Positions 27,194 through 41,276 of a stretch of DNA of 64,000 bases are shown in pieces. Positions within the stretch are counted from its first letter, which is position 1. Each line of letters opens with the position of its first letter. The translations under genes and the position numbers were made by a program. The notes under the pieces were generated by a model, which saw only the letters and a list, made by a program, of their open reading frames with translations, was not told the DNA's origin and did not search any database. This stretch comes from Octopus vulgaris (lineage: Eukaryota). Where the stretch lies: positions 71,114,001 through 71,178,000 of the forward strand of contig OX597816.1 of the NCBI GenBank assembly GCA_951406725.2. Direction: 5' to 3'.

Positions 27194-28018
27194 GCTTCCC
27201 AACTAAGTGGTTCCGGGCTCTGTCCCACCGCGTGGTACCTTGGGCAAGTGTCTTCAACTATAGCCTTGGGCCGATCAAGGCTTTGTGAGTGGATTTGGTA
27301 GACGGATACTGAAAGAAGCCCGTCGTATATATGTGTGTGTGGGGGGGGATTTGTGTGTGTCTGTCTGTGCTTGCCCCCCCCCCCCCATCATCGCTTGTCA
27401 ACTAGTGTTGGTGTGTTTACGTTCCTGTAACTTAGCGGTTCGCCAAAAGAGTCCGATAGAATAAGTACTAAGCTTACAAAGAATAAGTCCTGGGGTCGAT
27501 TAGTTCGACTAAAGGCGGTACTCCAGCATGGCCGTAGCCAAATAACTGAAACAAGTAAAAGAATATATATACACACACACACACACTTCTATTCCTTTAC
27601 ATGTTTCAATCATCAGACTGCGGCCATGCAGGAGCACCGCCTTGAAAATTGACGCTGAAAGTTATGGTACTTACTCTATCGGGATTCTTTTGACGAACTG
27701 TTAGGTTACAGAGATGTAAACACACAAACACCGGTTGTCAAGCGATGGTGGGGGACAAACACAGACAAAAACACACGCACACACACACACACAAACACAC
27801 ATATATACAGACACAAACACACACACATTCAAACATATACAGACACAAATACACACACATATATACAGATACAAATACACATACACATATACAGACACAA
27901 ACACACACACACATACACAGACACAAGCACACACACGCACATATAACGTCTACTAAATCTACTCACAAGACTTTGGTCGACCCGAAGCTATGGGGGAAGA
28001 CACTTGCCCAAGGTGCCA
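27190..28018. mobile_element. CORE-like SINE family: plus copy 27190-27563 and minus copy 27590-28018
   Basis: Same family motifs; tail-to-tail. Confidence 0.8.
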
Positions 28019-28019
28019 A

Positions 28020-28949
28020 ATTTGTAGCAATGTTGTAAAATAGTTTTATTAATGTACAGTCCGAAGCGATTTCTATGTGGCTCATATTACCAATAGATTC
28101 CAAACTTGCTCGAAGCACACACCTTATGGCCAAGATCTCAAGAGTTTTCGAATCTGGTCGAGCCAAAGCTAGATTTAGACTTGTGACATTAAATCATATA
28201 AACTTTGGTTACATAATAATTGAAACCTATCTTCAAATTTATAATTTGAATACCTGTTTATTTATTGTGATGCTTCTGTCTTTGGCAAGGCATTAAACTG
28301 ATTCCGTTTGTGCGATTCAAGTTCGGAAAGTCAGGAATTATGGGGACTATAAAATTAGCCTTCAGTCATACTATTCCTAACCCTCTTTTGGTACGGAGTG
28401 GTTGTATCTGTTTAGAGCTGTAGTTATGAGCCAAATAGTAGAGGGTTCTGTGGTTAAACAAGACTTGGAGGCGAGATGGCTCCTAGACGTGTCACACAAG
28501 CCTACTGATATGCAGACAGGCTTATTCATATCCACGGCCCCTAGACATGTGTCAGATAGGCCTACCCATGCACCGTTGTCACAAGAATAAGCCCGTCGCC
28601 TAAGAGTTAAACAGAATTTTGTCACAAAGGTAAGCTCGAAAGAGCAGATGACTAGCAGAGTAAACTATGAAGCTAGCAAAAAGTTGCAAGAAACTGCGAC
28701 TGCATCATCGCCAGTAGTGTAACTAGGAGGAAAGAGTCGTCCGTCCCAGTCGACGCTTTTGTGGAGTCGCCACTTTTGAGTCTGCTGCAAAAGCCTGTAT
28801 AGGCTTGGTGCAGGGAGAGTGGCACACTCAAGGGCTGCTCTGGGCGGCACACACTCTAGCAACTTATCATCCCTGAGATAGATAAGGAATCTTCAAAGTT
28901 GGCATGAAGATCCACGATTGCCAATATCTGTAGGCATGACACGTGAACA

Positions 28950-28986
<37 letters not shown>

Positions 28987-29520
28987 CTCTTGGGTGTGAA
29001 GCCTTGATTTGTAACACGTTTAACTAATGCTTAAATTTGTCACTCTGCTACCTGAAAACCTAAATTTCAGCAGTGGTATTGAACTCCTCTGACGACAAAC
29101 AGAACAGCAATTATTTAGGGAAATACTCAACTGTCAAAAGTATTTATAATCTTTAAACAGTTTGTTTTCAGTACAACAGATAACTGATAGGGTACGGGAC
29201 AACATATTTCTATATCTCGAAGAAGAGGCACAGTGAGCGGTCCCTACAAGCTACCAGAAACTAGCGTGGTTGATGCCGTAAATGTTCTGTTTAAATTCTT
29301 GCAAACAACCGCCTGGGCAATGAGAAGATTCCACATAACAAATGCACTGGAGAAGTACTGAGATAAGTGATTGGTGCAAATGGTGGGAGTAGACGCAACA
29401 AAAGTGACGAAGGTTGATGTTTAGTTAAATAGGTTGACATACAGTTGTACAAACAGTTAATTAAATGAGCTGATGGGTAGAGAAGGAGGTAAAGCGTACC
29501 AGCGTAAGTAAGATGAAGTG
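28020..29520 (-). mobile_element. Possible very old LINE remnant
   Basis: Non-microsatellite segment with weak similarity to CR1/L2 C-terminal wording (TNHLSQYFSSAFVMWNLL...FKQNI near 29290-29380); no clear ORF. Confidence 0.3.
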
Positions 29521-29545
29521 TTGAGTGGTGAGTCGGAATATATTA

Positions 29546-29769
29546 CAATAATCCCACGACTATCGCGAGTGTTACGTTCTAAAACCCACCGCGATCGGTG
29601 AAAATCCGCGAAGTAGAAACAGTACTGTACTGTATATATTTTTTTAATAATTTTTATAATTTGTAGATATTTATTTTATTATAAATGCAAAACAACCCCA
29701 CAGAAGAATCGACGTAAGCTTAAGTGATAAACCGCGGTAGGTGAACCGCGATATGGCGAGAGATTACTG
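29546..29769. mobile_element. pogo/Tigger-like MITE
   Basis: Imperfect TIRs caataatcccacgactatcgcg / cgcgatatggcgagagattactg with TA on both flanks. Confidence 0.7.
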
Positions 29770-29992
29770 TAAGTATATATATAAGAGATAATGGTGTCAT
29801 TGAGACCCAAAGGTATCAGGTAATGCTGAATAAGTGCTATAGAGAGACATAGTTAAGTTCCAGATTCGGTAATATTGCGAATAAAGGGTTCAACGTTGGT
29901 TCTATGTCAGCATGTGTATATATGAATTTTTGCGTAATGAGATAAAAAAAAAACCAAGGCTGTATAGATATTAGAGCATTTATAGATAGAAT

Positions 29993-30047
29993 GTCTTACA
30001 GCTGTTTCTAGAATATTAATTAATAATAATATCCCTTCATCGGAGAC
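29993..30047 (-). ncRNA. Minimal hammerhead, U4C variant
   Basis: gtct CCGATGA a gggatatt...aatattct a GAAAC agct GTA agac. Confidence 0.72.
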
Positions 30048-31437
30048 GGTGTGAAAGGAAAACTCTCAGTATGAAGTGCTCAGGTAGAGAACCCGAGACG
30101 CAAGATATAAGTAATATTTAAGAGAAGGATTCAGGTAGGTTCAACAATTTATATAAACATATATTCGGCCATAAACCGATGTATAGCAGTTATCAAAATA
30201 TATCAATGTATCAGTTATTAAAATATTAAAACATTAAAAGTTTATGAATTCATAAATATATAAAAATATAATATACATTTGCGTGTAAAAAATCAAACTG
30301 AGGTATAAAAATGATGTGTAAAATTATATATAAACATCTTGAAATATTATCCTGGTAATAGATTATAAGCGTTCTTAAAAATATTAAAGAATAAACATAT
30401 GTCCTTACGAAAAGTTTTAAGCATGGGGGTTGGGGTTTCCAGAAAACAGATGTAGGTAGTCCAGTTAAGTAATTAGGTAGTGGTGTTTCAGGGGTACAGT
30501 AATCCATAGATTTGAGAGTATTCCAATCCAAATGTGAGATACTGCCTCCTTCATCAGGGAGAATGCACTATTTAGGATTCACGTTTCAAAAGTGTTACAA
30601 TTAGCAGATGATTTTTGGTTTTATAGAGAGGTACACATGTTAACAGGAAGAGGAAATGTTTGCAGGAATTTTGGGAAGTGGAACTTAGACAATATTGTAG
30701 ATTATAAGCAGGTAATTATCAATTGAGATGAAGTTGCAGCGTGGCACGAACATAAATATTAGGTTGAACGTAGTTAATTATAAAATTTAATGATTAATCT
30801 ATCCTAATTTATCAAAATATTTCAATGTTGAATAATATCTAGGGTTCCAAGGATACATCCGAGAACTTGTTTAATAATATAAATTCATATCGACGGAGAA
30901 TATTCATGGACTCTTTAATACATAATTTACATACACGCGTATTTCTATTATACGAAGGGGCTTCTCCTCTTAAATATTATATGTGTGTGCGTGTATGTAT
31001 GCATGTTTATATGTTTACATTATATATATATATACACACACCCACACACACAGAAATGTCGGTTCAAATGGAACAGCTTGCAATCGAATGAAAACAAGAT
31101 ATTCAATACACGGTGTTTCATTTTATTTATTCCCATATTTAAGCTCCGATTACGATCATCATCATTCGAGTGTTACAAACTGATATTGTCTGGGTTCACC
31201 AGTAAGATCGAACACTTATGTAATTCGAACTCTGATCATGTTTCAGTTCACACCCACCCAAACATCCCACCGCACACACACACCTAACCAACTATATTTT
31301 CTTTTTATATATTTTAGATAGGGAGTGGGTATTAGTAAAGAAATTGTCTACTTTTCGCCTCATCACTATGATAAAATATGTCAAAAATTATTGTGACAAA
31401 TATTTAAATGAAACTTGACAGCCAGATTCATACGCAC

Positions 31438-31478
<41 letters not shown>

Positions 31479-31480
31479 TA

Positions 31481-31815
31481 GTGAAGGCGCATGGCTCAGT
31501 GGTTAGAGCGTCGAGCTTACGATCGTGAGGTTGTGAGCTCGAATCCCGGACCGGGCTGCGTGTTGTGTTCTCGAGCAAGGCACTTTATTTCACGTTGCTC
31601 CAGTTCACTCAGCTGTAGAAATGAGTTGCGACGTCACAGGTGCCAAGCTGTATCGACCTTTGTCTTTCCCATGGATAACACTGGTGGCGTGGAGAGGGGA
31701 GGCTGGTATGCATGGGCGACTGCTAGCCTTCCATAAACAACCTTGCCCGGACTTGTGTCTAGGAGGGTAACTTTCTAGGTGCAATCCCATGGTCATTCAT
31801 GACCGAAGGGGCTCT
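31481..31815 (+). mobile_element. tRNA-derived SINE with a related head and a different tail (second copy 49493-49710, minus)
   Basis: A box tggctcagtgg, B box gagctcgaatccc, body tttcacgttgctccagt. Confidence 0.8.
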
Positions 31816-31923
31816 TTATATATATGCATACATACTATAAAATGTGTTTATATCTTAATATATTAATATACCATTGTAGTATTTTCTTGTATTGATTATA
31901 CACACACACACACACACACACAC

Positions 31924-32003
<80 letters not shown>

Positions 32004-32016
32004 CACACACACACAT

Positions 32017-32269
32017 ATGTATATAATTTAGAGAAAAAACACTATTAAACAATTCAATAATGAAAGGTGTTATTCACACCATATAAAAATATATACTATA
32101 AAAACCTTTACTACTACTACTACTACTACTACTATTTACTATTTACTATTTATTGTTTTTGTACTTAATTGATTTTTATAATAAAGTTTTTATGGTATAT
32201 GTTTTCTATATGGTGTGAATAACATCTTTATTGAAATGTTTAATAGGTTTTTCTCTAAATTATATACAT
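32017..32269. repeat. Old imperfect palindrome of the same family as the 24.7 kb element
   Basis: Diverged arms; the flank 32270-32355 is the reverse complement of 24645-24730-like sequence. Confidence 0.75.
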
Positions 32270-32589
32270 GTATTATATATTGTGAAATTTGATTTAGTAT
32301 TGCTAAGTTGAATTTTTCCCTGTAAGTTTAGAATTATATTCTCTACTATTATTATTATATACACATATATATGCATATATATATATATACACATGTATGT
32401 ATGTATGTATGTATACTGACATGTTTCTTCTCCGTCTGTTTTCTCTTTTCACTCTTTTCTGTAAAAGAACGTAGGTTCGAAACGTCAACTCTCTTCTATT
32501 TCTCTTAAGCGTCAAAGTCATATACCTTGTTTGTTGTTCCTTCACTTGTCTCTGTCTTTTGCTTTTAGCTTTTCGCACACTTTTGAACC

Positions 32590-32662
<73 letters not shown>

Positions 32663-32667
<5 letters not shown>

Positions 32668-32955
32668 GGCTGCCCCCTCGTTATCGAGTATGGCCATTGT
32701 ACGAAGCTTAACTGTTACTGGTGCTGTGATCGAATGTGACTTTTTAGCCCAGCTAAAGATCTACAATGTCTTGTACAAAATTGGCAACTAAAATATTTAC
32801 TGGTAATAGCCGGCTGTTGTTGTAACTGGGCTTCATGTACCTTTGCATGTCGTTTAAGTCGAATTACACTCTCTTCCACATGCCCGACAGATATGATTAG
32901 TATGGTGTGTTACACCACCACCAGTGGCCAGGTTGTCACTCATCTGTCTCGTTTT
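32663..32955 (-). mobile_element. Second copy of the RTE-like LINE 3' end with C2H2 fingers
   Basis: Reverse complement of 10741-10997 (HHTNHICRACGRECNS, same 3' UTR) with small indels. Confidence 0.72.
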
Positions 32956-32989
32956 ATAACATACATACATATACACATACACATACATA

Positions 32990-33040
<51 letters not shown>

Positions 33041-33058
33041 TACATGCATACATATGTA

Positions 33059-33981
33059 CAGGGTGTCCATAAAGTCTCTTTACAATTTAAAAAAATTATT
33101 ACAAAGGCAGTTGATGAGATATTTTAACCAGATTTGTTTTACTTTAATAATTGTTTATTAAAGTTTTTATTGATATTAAATTTTTGTGTTTCAGATACTC
33201 TGTTGATGGAAGGTAACTGATTCACTGAATTCCTGTAAAATGAGGATGAAGCATTCCTCAAGCGAGTTTGTTTTAGTGACGAGGTGACTTTCATGTTTCA
33301 GGAAAATTAAACAGACACAATGTGAGAATCTGGGGATCAGAACACCCCCATGTGACTTGGGAGTTTCAACGGGATAGTCCAAAAGTGAATGTGTGGTGTG
33401 GAATCATGTGCAATCGAATAATTGGTCCTTTTTCTTTTTCAACGAGGCAACAATTACTGCAGATATTTACCTCGACCTTCTGACCGAATATGTGGCACCG
33501 CAATTGATTGATTTACAACCAACCATCATTTTCCAGCAAGATGGTGCACCACCACATTGGGGACGGCATGTTCGTCAGTTCCTCAATCAAACATTTCGAG
33601 ACCGATGGATTGGAAGAGATGGGCCAATTGCATGGCCACTGCGTTCACCAGAAATCACTCCCTTGGACTTCTTTCTATGGGGTTATGTAGAAGATATCGT
33701 GTATCAAACAAAAATACGGGACGTTGCTGACTTGAAGCAAAGGATTCGTAATGCCATTGCCACTGCTGATGAGGCTATCCTACAGCGAACATGGCAAGAA
33801 ATCAAGTACCGTCTTGATGTGCTTCGCGCAACTAATGGTGCCCATATTGAGGTCTATTAAATAACAGTTAAAAAAACTTTAATAAACAATTATTACAATA
33901 AAACAAATCTGGTTAAGATATCTTGTCAACTGCCTTTTTAATAAAATATTAAAATTGTAAAGAGACTTTATGGATACCCTG
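33059..33981 (+). mobile_element. Internally deleted Tc1/mariner DD41D (rosa/Visitor-type) transposon
   Basis: TIRs of about 110 bp (cagggtgtccataaagtctctttacaattt... / ...aaattgtaaagagactttatggataccctg) with TA flanks; FSDE motif, then FQQDGAPPH...WPLRSPEITPLDFFLWG with 41 residues between the 2nd and 3rd Asp. Confidence 0.92.
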
Positions 33982-33988
33982 TATATAT

Positions 33989-34021
<33 letters not shown>

Positions 34022-34054
34022 CATACATTTATATATATATATATATGAATATAT

Positions 34055-34430
34055 TTACTCTTTTACTCTTTTACTTATTTCAGTCATGTGACTGCGGCCA
34101 TGCTGGAGCACTGCTTTAAGTCGAACTAATCGCTCTCAGGACTAATTCTTTGTAAGCCTAGTAATTATTCTCTTGCCGAACCGCTAGGTTACGGAAGCGT
34201 AAACACACCAACATCGGTTGTTAAGCAATGGTGGAGGGACAAACACAGACAAATAAATGGGTGCGTGTGTGTATACAATGGGCTTCTTTCACACTCCGTC
34301 AACCATATCCACTCACAAGCCTTTAGTCGGCCCGAGGCTATAGTAGAAGACACTTGCCCAATGTGCCACGTAGTGGGACTGAACCCGGAACCATGTGGTT
34401 GGGAAGCAAGCTTCTTTAACACAGCCACAT
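34055..34430 (-). mobile_element. CORE-like SINE
   Basis: Full-length match to the family. Confidence 0.85.
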
Positions 34431-35929
34431 GTATGTATGTATATCCATGTATATGTATATGTATGTATGTAAAGCTATAAATGTGACTTAAGCCCCTAGA
34501 GTAATGTATGGCAATTATGAAGGATGTGTGTATGCGTGTGTGTGTATTTGTGAATGCATATGTAGTATTTGTCTGTATGTGTGTACGAAAGGTAATGAAT
34601 TATAAACCGAAGTTCAGTTTCTCTATCATTAACAATCTTTTCACAAACCATTTTCTTTAGTTTTCAATTAGAAATATTTGTTATGTATTTATCATTTCGC
34701 CTTTACCGGATTTTCTCGATTGCATCACGATCTCGAATAAATGATGACTGCCACTTCGTAATTCTAAATATCCTTAATGTATCATATTCTCTTGTAGAAT
34801 GCAGCTGCGGAGAACAGCTGCCATAGTTATTCGCATTTTTATTAAGAAACCAACCTAATATTTCTACAAATTTACCTTTTAAACTGTAATCTTCTAAATT
34901 TAATGACTGCTTTTACATAGTAGAGTGTATCGACATTATTTTAACTAAAGTTACGTTTGGGTATTTTCATTATATGTACAGTGTTTCATAACCATAAACA
35001 ATGGAACGTGTACATAGATGGCTCGGGGCTACCGCTTTTATTATCTTCGCTTGTACAGGTTTGTTATTGTTTTGCTTTTTGTTTGTTTGTGTGTCGGTTT
35101 TTTTTCCTCGAGTATAAGGCTATGATTTTACCCTGATCTTCTTACATTAAATTTCTCGTGTTATACCCGAAGTAGATATGTCACATAATCATGCGAAATT
35201 ATAATATGCAAATAAATACTAACATACACTCACAGACACAAACACATCACACATAAATATTAAAATTCATGATATATTTGAATATTTTGATGACAAGAAC
35301 AAAAACTGGGGCTCTTAGAATGTCTGCTCTGGTTGTGTTGAGGAATTAAAACAATGAGACAAAAGGTCAGAAGATGGCTCTTGCTTTAGTACACTGATTA
35401 TACGAAGGGAACTAAAATAGCAAAGGATTATCTTTTTCCCTACAGCATTAGTTTTGGATGAGTGTAAAATCCATGAGGAATTGTGAGTGTTGAAGTCACC
35501 TTTGGAGGATTTGTTCAGAGAGAAGTGTTAATGTCATTATTTAGTTCATTCTTTTTTTTTTTTTAATTTAAATTTCCATTGTAAATAACTATCAGGTTTA
35601 AGAGAAATTATCAATGTCACAGCTGGGTAAAAAAAAACTTTCTTAAAGAAACAAAGATCCTGAAGAATGTCTGACGAGTATTCTCAGGAAGCCTGATGAG
35701 TATTCTCAGGAAGCATATTTTTCTTATGCCAAAACTAAAACAAAATTCCTTGCAACCATTGCTAGGTTTGTCCTGCAAAATTCAAGAATATGACAAAAGC
35801 AATCACAACTACGTTCTTTATCTCAATCTTCCATCAGCTGCAAGACAGCATAAACCAGAATTACCAATTCTAACAAAACCCAAATGGCTTGATTACGTAG
35901 ATTATGTAGAAGCAAGTGTTGAAGTAGAC

Positions 35930-36589
35930 CAGTGGTTCTCTACTAGGATCCATATGAACCTTGGAGTTCCAAATTACCATTGGGGTGGGATTCATATACC
36001 CTCGGGGTTTCATATAAAGCTCTGTTGTTAAATTTTATGTGCGACGAATTGGTCATACTTCTACAATACACAAAAATCCGTTAACCATTATTTATACAAA
36101 TCTCTCTATATATAAACGGCAAAATGTATGTCTGTGTGTCTATGTGTGTGTCCTTTATACATATCCACAATTTTTCAGTTAGAGGACTCGCACTTTCTAT
36201 GGTAATTTAAAACCGTCCAAGGGTGGTCGTGCATATCTTTACATTTCCCCAGTCACCCCGCAAAGCCATTAAAAAACTCAATAGAAGTGACTTTTTTGAG
36301 AATTTTCTATCCAAAACCCAATCAAAATGCCCGAAACTTGATACGCCAATTGAATGCCAGCTAGCTGTAGGTGATTGGTCGGAGATTTGGACAATACTCG
36401 CGTGTATGTGCGCACGCAGCTGTATATGCATGCACTAGCACTATGACCCGGCAACGTCGGGTCATAGTGCTAGTCCTAACAATATTTGATTATATAAGTA
36501 TAACAGGATTTTTAAGCATTAAATGGTTACAATGGTCTGCTCTAAGGAATCAAAGGGGTACACGGGTAGAAGGTGGTTGAGAACCATTG
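35930..36589. mobile_element. hAT (Charlie-like) MITE containing a nested Helitron
   Basis: TIRs cagtggttctc / gagaaccattg; 8-bp TSD aagtagac / aagtagaa. Confidence 0.75.
36101..36473 (+). mobile_element. Non-autonomous Helitron, copy 3 (nested in the hAT MITE)
   Basis: A|TCTCTCTATATATAAA start, hairpin actagcactatgacccggcaacgtcgggtcatagtgctag, CTAG|T end. Confidence 0.85.
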
Positions 36590-36889
36590 AAGTAGAAGAT
36601 CAATAATCTATCCAGACGTATTCAAGAAATGATCTATAGGTATGCTCTCAAGATGAACTTCATGATTTAGTAGTGACTTTTTTCTCCACAAAGATGCAGA
36701 ACTCAAGGCCAAAATACATCTTCATTGTCTTCTGCTGAGACGAATCTTCGTCACTCTCTGATATTTATTGTGTCTTTAACATAGCAAGTTCATATGAAAT
36801 CCTATCTTAAGACAAATACTGCAGGAACTGACCTATCGACAGTATTATGCTACACTGATCGCTGTATAACATGTATTTTATCGTATCAT

Positions 36890-37170
36890 CGAAATAAGCG
36901 AAAAAAGCGTTTGCTGCACGTTTCAAGAAAGACGGAGCTTTAGTTTATGACACTAAGTGGCCAAGTGCAGAAAATCGACGACAGATATTAGATTTAGATT
37001 CATCTAAAAGAAGCTTGAAATGTGTACTTCTTCATAGCAGTAAATAAATAAGCACCAATAATTGTTCGTCATTCTACCCTTTTGATCGAAACGTGCCAGG
37101 ATTCGTAAAACATTATCGAGAAAATTAGGTACAATGAACACTGTTGGTTCATATGTGGAAACCGGAAAGT
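36890..37170 (+). mobile_element. Degraded DNA-transposase fragment (probably CMC/Chapaev-3-like)
   Basis: Readable DSSKRSLKCVLLH...APIIVRHST...EKIRYNEHCWFICG, a motif string I associate with Chapaev-3-type transposases; family call from memory. Confidence 0.5.
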
Positions 37171-37217
37171 ATATTGTATCGTACTGAGTTTGCAGTGACA
37201 GTGTACTAACTTATCAT

Positions 37218-37380
37218 GTTTTCTCTGTAAATGGTACGGTATAGATAATGTGTTCATGGGTGGTCAATGGGTTGGATGTGGTGCTGAAGAAAGAGCAATG
37301 TTTTCACTGTAAATGGTACAGTATAGGTAATGTATCCATGGGTGGTCAATGGTTTGGATGTGGTGCTGAAGAAAGAGCAA
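37218..37380. repeat. Tandem duplication of about 81 bp
   Basis: tgtttt...gtaaatggtac...gtggtgctgaagaaagagcaa occurs twice. Confidence 0.9.
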
Positions 37381-37954
37381 GAATTCCTGAAATGTGCATA
37401 TACACTCACTAACTATTGTTCTATCTTGGATCGCATTGTTTACGTCGTAAATTTCAGAGCTGGCTCTAGTTTTTATAGAAAATCAGTAAAGATAACTTTA
37501 AAAAGGGTTTGAATCGCACTGCTAACACAGATAGGATACTGTATTAACATATAAGCATTTAATATACTTATTGGTATATCATGGTTGCATACTGAAAGTA
37601 TGGTCTCTCTACCAGCAATTAATCAGAAAAAATGACCAAACAGGAAAAAATCCCTTCAAATTTAGCGAGATAAATCAAGAATAAAAAGTGGGGGCTGTTA
37701 TCTCTGCTCCATATTAAACTTTGTTTAATGAATGAGTTGGACAAAGTCCTACCAAATGATGGATCTTACTATTCGTGACATAAAAAATATTTCTGATGTT
37801 GAATTTGAACACGTGATCTCGAGCAAGGATCTTGAGTATCACTCAAACCTTCCATAGATACATTTTAGATGGCGCAGATTAGGGTTATAGAAGCATTTGT
37901 TGTGAAAATTTTTGTCTGACGGGTGGAGGGCATTTTCAGAGAGCGCACACCCAT

Positions 37955-38280
37955 CGATTGGCTTCCTCATAACATTCTGATAACTGAAAAAAAATATTTT
38001 TTAATAAAAATTTTTCTACAAATACTTTTCAAATGGTATATACGATTATGACGATATTTTGATGTGAGAAAAATTTGGGCTGAAGTCGAGTAATCCACGT
38101 GCGTCGACTTCGTTTCCTCATGAGTTTTGATAAGATGTGTGAATTACTATCCACCCACTTCACCCCCCCCCACCTTTTTTTTTACACATCAAGTATCGTA
38201 ATCTACACCAATCCGAAATGTTTCTGTTGAAATTTTTAAAGAAAAATATACATTTTTCAGAAAGTCGATGGGAGGAACAC
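37955..38280. mobile_element. Old MITE-like element with long imperfect inverted ends
   Basis: cttcctcataac...ctgaaaaaaaatattttttaataaaaatttt versus aaatttttaaagaaaaatatacatttttcagaaagtcgatgggaggaa. Confidence 0.4.
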
Positions 38281-38833
38281 ATCTGCAGTTCTAACAATTT
38301 GAGGATGAAATTATTTTCGAAATCTCCTTTAAATTTGACTGTCTGTCTTTGTATGTCCGCCTCAATGAGTATTCATCGACTTACTGCATATATATGATAT
38401 CGTTATACCTAAGGGTTTTTTTTTCAAAGTTGGCCATACAAAACGCCGAAAATATGGAGGAAACTGAAGAAAATAGGGTCACAAGGTGTACCTAGACTTA
38501 TAGCTAACCGAACGGAATCTCAGTTGTAAATATTTTGTAGTTTTCTTATAGATTATGTATATACCTTCTATAATTTTATGCATATGGTTACAGGAATTTT
38601 ACTAACAGAGTTTTCTACAACTTTAAGGGCAATGCAGCCAAATTTCTAAGGGTTCTTTTTTCTTGTTTTTCTTTCTTTTTTTTTTTTTGTGGTCAAAATT
38701 AACAAGTCGGCCAATAAGATCACACTATTAGTTTCCGTTGGACATTTATAATATTTATTATAAACAAACACGGGAGCACGCACGCTAACGCGTACATATG
38801 CATGTATTTAAAGAAATGCTCATACACACACAC

Positions 38834-38864
<31 letters not shown>

Positions 38865-39262
38865 TGTATGTATGCATACATGCATGCATGTATGTATGTA
38901 TAAAGAAGATATATATATATGCATATGTATATTCATACATACATATACATACATACGAGTATACACACACACAAACATGCATCTCTCTCTCATTATGCAT
39001 GTATATATATACACATATACATACATATATATATATATACATACACACACACATATATATATACATATATATACACACACATATATATATAGATATATAT
39101 ATATGCATATATATATATGTGTATATGTATATATATATGTGTGTGTGTGTGTGTATGTATGTATATACATACATATATATATGTATGAGTATGTAGTATG
39201 TATACATATATATTTATACACACATACATGCACACACAAACATACACATACACACACACATA

Positions 39263-39310
<48 letters not shown>

Positions 39311-39315
39311 TATAC

Positions 39316-39388
<73 letters not shown>

Positions 39389-39557
39389 TAATTGAAACCG
39401 CTCACACACTTCTTCCCAAGAAAAGTTAGTAACATCTTGATAAAACATTGGATAACAGTTTTTTAATTTTTTTTTTTTTTAAATCGCCTGTACACTTTAA
39501 ATTTGTATTAAGTAATTCTCATAGACTTTCAAATATATATATATATGATATAATATA

Positions 39558-39613
<56 letters not shown>

Positions 39614-39631
39614 ATATAAATAATATATATA

Positions 39632-39687
<56 letters not shown>

Positions 39688-40351
39688 TACTTACATATAT
39701 ATGTATCTTTGAATGTGCTTGACTATGTGCGCATATGAATGAGTATACACCAGCACACATATACGTCTATAAACGCGTGTAAGCGTGTGTAAGCGTGTAT
39801 ATATATATATGCGCGTGTGTGTGAGCGCATGTATGTTCAGAAGTGTAGGTGTGTGTGTGTGTATGTAGGCTGCATGTTGTGAGTCAGTCACCTACACGTG
39901 TGGATGATTCAGTTTTGCAGAGGTTTACATCCTTTACAAGTCGAGAACTATACTTTGAGTAACTTTTTCTGTTTGTTCGTCTAAGTTTCAAAAAGGACGA
40001 ATGGAAAAAAATCGTAATGTATTCGTCCAAAAATTGCAATAGGCAACAACGGTAAAACCTTTTGTCTTTAGAAAAATATTTCTTGGGACTTTTTTCTTAT
40101 TTTTTTTTCTACTTTATCTTTTACATGCTTCACTTGGACTGTGGTTAAACTCGGGCACCACATTAAAAGGTTTTTTGCTCACCAAATCGATTCCATTAAT
40201 TTCTTTTTTTACGTGTGACATTCATTCTACCTCTCCCCTTTGCTGAACTGCTGAGATAGAGGGACGTAAATGGACAAACAGACATACAAACACAGGCACA
40301 CCCACACACTCACATAGACATGTGTGTGTATGTGTATTATATGTGTAAGTG

Positions 40352-40424
<73 letters not shown>

Positions 40425-40517
40425 GTATAAAGTATATATATATATATAAGCACACACAAACACTCGTGCACAGACACATATACACACACATGTATGTATA
40501 TATATATATATATATAT

Positions 40518-40835
40518 CAGTCCCATTGTGTGGTACCTTGGGCAAGTGTCTTCTACTATAGCCTTGAGCCGACCAAAGCCTTGTGAGTGGATTTGGTAGA
40601 CAGAAACTGAAAGAAGCCCGTCGAATATATGTGTGTATATATATGTATGTATGTATTTGTGTGTGTGTGTTAGTGTATCTGTGTTTGTCCCCCACCGTCG
40701 CTTGACAACCGATGTTGGTGTGTTTATGTTCCTGTAATATAGCGGTTCAACAAAAGAGACCGATAGAATAAGTACTAGGCTTACAAAAGATCGGTACGGG
40801 TGTTGATTTGTCCGACTAAAGGCTGTGCTCTAGCA
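40518..40835 (+). mobile_element. CORE-like SINE (other fragments at 9860-10140, 15540-15870, 25310-25460, 40110-40300, 51285-51448, 56560-56730, 57450-57800, 58195-58332)
   Basis: ccttgggcaagtgtcttctactatagcc...gtggatttggtagac motifs. Confidence 0.82.
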
Positions 40836-41181
40836 AATTTTGACTGGTCACCTACATGGTACCAAGGCTGCGAAGCAAAGCCTTTTATTTCGTTTATCAT
40901 CTCTTAAATCTTAAGAGGGACTTGCAGACTTTTATTAGTACCAGATATCGTGATCATTTGTAGTGTACGTATGTATATATGCATGTATATATGTATGCGT
41001 GTATGTATGCATGTATGTGTCTGTGCATTATGTATATATGTATGGATGGATGGATGGACGCAAGTATGTATGTGTGCATACACGTGTATATCTATATGTG
41101 TGTGTGTTTTTGTGTGTGTGGAGGTGTGAGTGCATGTGTGTTATAGGCGAAATTAAAATAAACACAAATTTATATTATTAG

Positions 41182-41276
41182 CTCCTATGTACGTTTCACC
41201 ATTATGGTTTTTTCGAACCCTACATTGGGTGTTACAAGCACATTTTGATGCTAAACCTGAATGGATCATCAGAGAA
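41182..41276 (-). ncRNA. Hammerhead with long stem II
   Basis: ttct CTGATGA tccatt...aatggt GAAAC gtac ATA ggag. Confidence 0.6.

Noticed and set aside
31481-31560. Genuine tRNA gene
   Set aside because: A/B boxes are present but the sequence continues into a repeated SINE body and lacks a proper acceptor stem.
35669-35712. CTGACGA/CTGATGA pair as a ribozyme
   Set aside because: A short tandem duplication (ctga.gagtattctcaggaagc) with no GAAA half.
39891-39981. Possible minus-strand exon ending GTAG|GTGACT
   Set aside because: The frame required by the phase-1 first exon hits a TAA; weak acceptor.
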